NCBI GenBank assembly: GCA_022818785.1
Contig: CP063811.1
Coordinates: 87,302 to 116,546, forward strand
Direction of reading: 5' to 3'
Source: Bacteroides sp.
GTDB taxonomy: Bacteria; Bacteroidota; Bacteroidia; G022818785
DNA length: 29,245 nt
This document shows, piece by piece, positions 28,883 to 29,245 of the stretch. Made by a program: the position numbers and the translations under genes. Within the stretch, counting starts at the first letter, position 1. Each line of letters starts with the position of its first letter. The notes beneath the pieces were generated by a model, which was given only the letters and a program-made list of their open reading frames with translations, made no database searches and was not told the DNA's origin.

Positions 28883-29245
28883 ATGAAATTTGTTAAAAAA
28901 CATTTTTTATTAAAATTAATATTATTTTATGTTATCATGGGAATATGTGGAATTATAATAATATTTAAAATTGTATGCATTCAACATATTAAAGGAAATT
29001 ATTTACAATTATTGAATAATAAACTAACAACAAAATACGTAACTTTTAATTCTGAAAGAGGTTCTATATATTCATCAGATGGAAAAATATTAGTATCCTC
29101 CATTTTAGTTTATGAATTACGATTAGATATGAAAATTATTAAAAAATATAATAATAACGTATCCTTTTACCAAAATATAGATAGTTTATCTTTTGATTTA
29201 AGTAAATTATTTGGTGATCACTCTAAAGAATTTTATAAAAAAAAA
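28883..29245 (+). CDS. ftsI: Penicillin-binding protein FtsI/PBP3, 5' part only (runs off window; not in ORF track)
   Basis: Hand translation MKFVKKHFLLKLILFYVIMGICGIIIIFKIVCIQHIKG...SERGSIYSSDGKILVSSILVYELRLD: a TM anchor plus the class B PBP RG.I...G..L..S motif, in dcw order. Confidence 0.88.
   Translation, partial: MKFVKKHFLLKLILFYVIMGICGIIIIFKIVCIQHIKGNYLQLLNNKLTTKYVTFNSERGSIYSSDGKILVSSILVYELRLDMKIIKKYNNNVSFYQNIDSLSFDLSKLFGDHSKEFYKKK

Noticed and set aside
1-29245. Alternative genetic code (TGA=Trp), CRISPR arrays, IS elements, prophage, rRNA, or a DnaB intein
   Set aside because: TGA ends genes at expected positions (GNAT, argG, skp) and conserved Trp uses TGG. No repeat-spacer arrays, transposase or phage motifs, or long GC-rich RNA blocks are seen. 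DnaB is of normal length.

Overview
Extremely AT-rich (about 20% GC by eye, not computed), gene-dense segment of a reduced Bacteroidota genome, most consistent with an obligate endosymbiont. The standard bacterial code fits: TGA acts as stop and Trp is TGG. Contents in order: rplM-rpsI-rpsB-tsf (-); uppS, a heavily eroded bamA and skp (+); dnaB (-); an arginine cluster GNAT(argA-like)-argG-argC-proC-argD-argF' followed by an orphan periplasmic-binding-fold gene and aroK (+); sucA-sucB-tRNA-fMet-era-der (-); a UvrD-type helicase/PD-(D/E)XK nuclease gene broken by a frameshift in an A11 run, then pdhB (+); yihA-rpmH-rnpA-yidD-SPFH (-); rsmH-ftsL-ftsI (partial, +). rpmH, ftsI and the tRNA are not in the ORF track. 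I see no mobile elements, CRISPR arrays or rRNA. Best leads: the slippage-type frameshift in the helicase-nuclease; a 32-codon Cys-rich uORF with hairpins ahead of the arg cluster, possibly a decayed Arg-codon attenuator; a succinyl-type ArgF' that would link sucAB to arginine synthesis; a minimal BamA; and an unusually well-preserved SPFH gene. I cannot demonstrate a wholly new system from the sequence alone.
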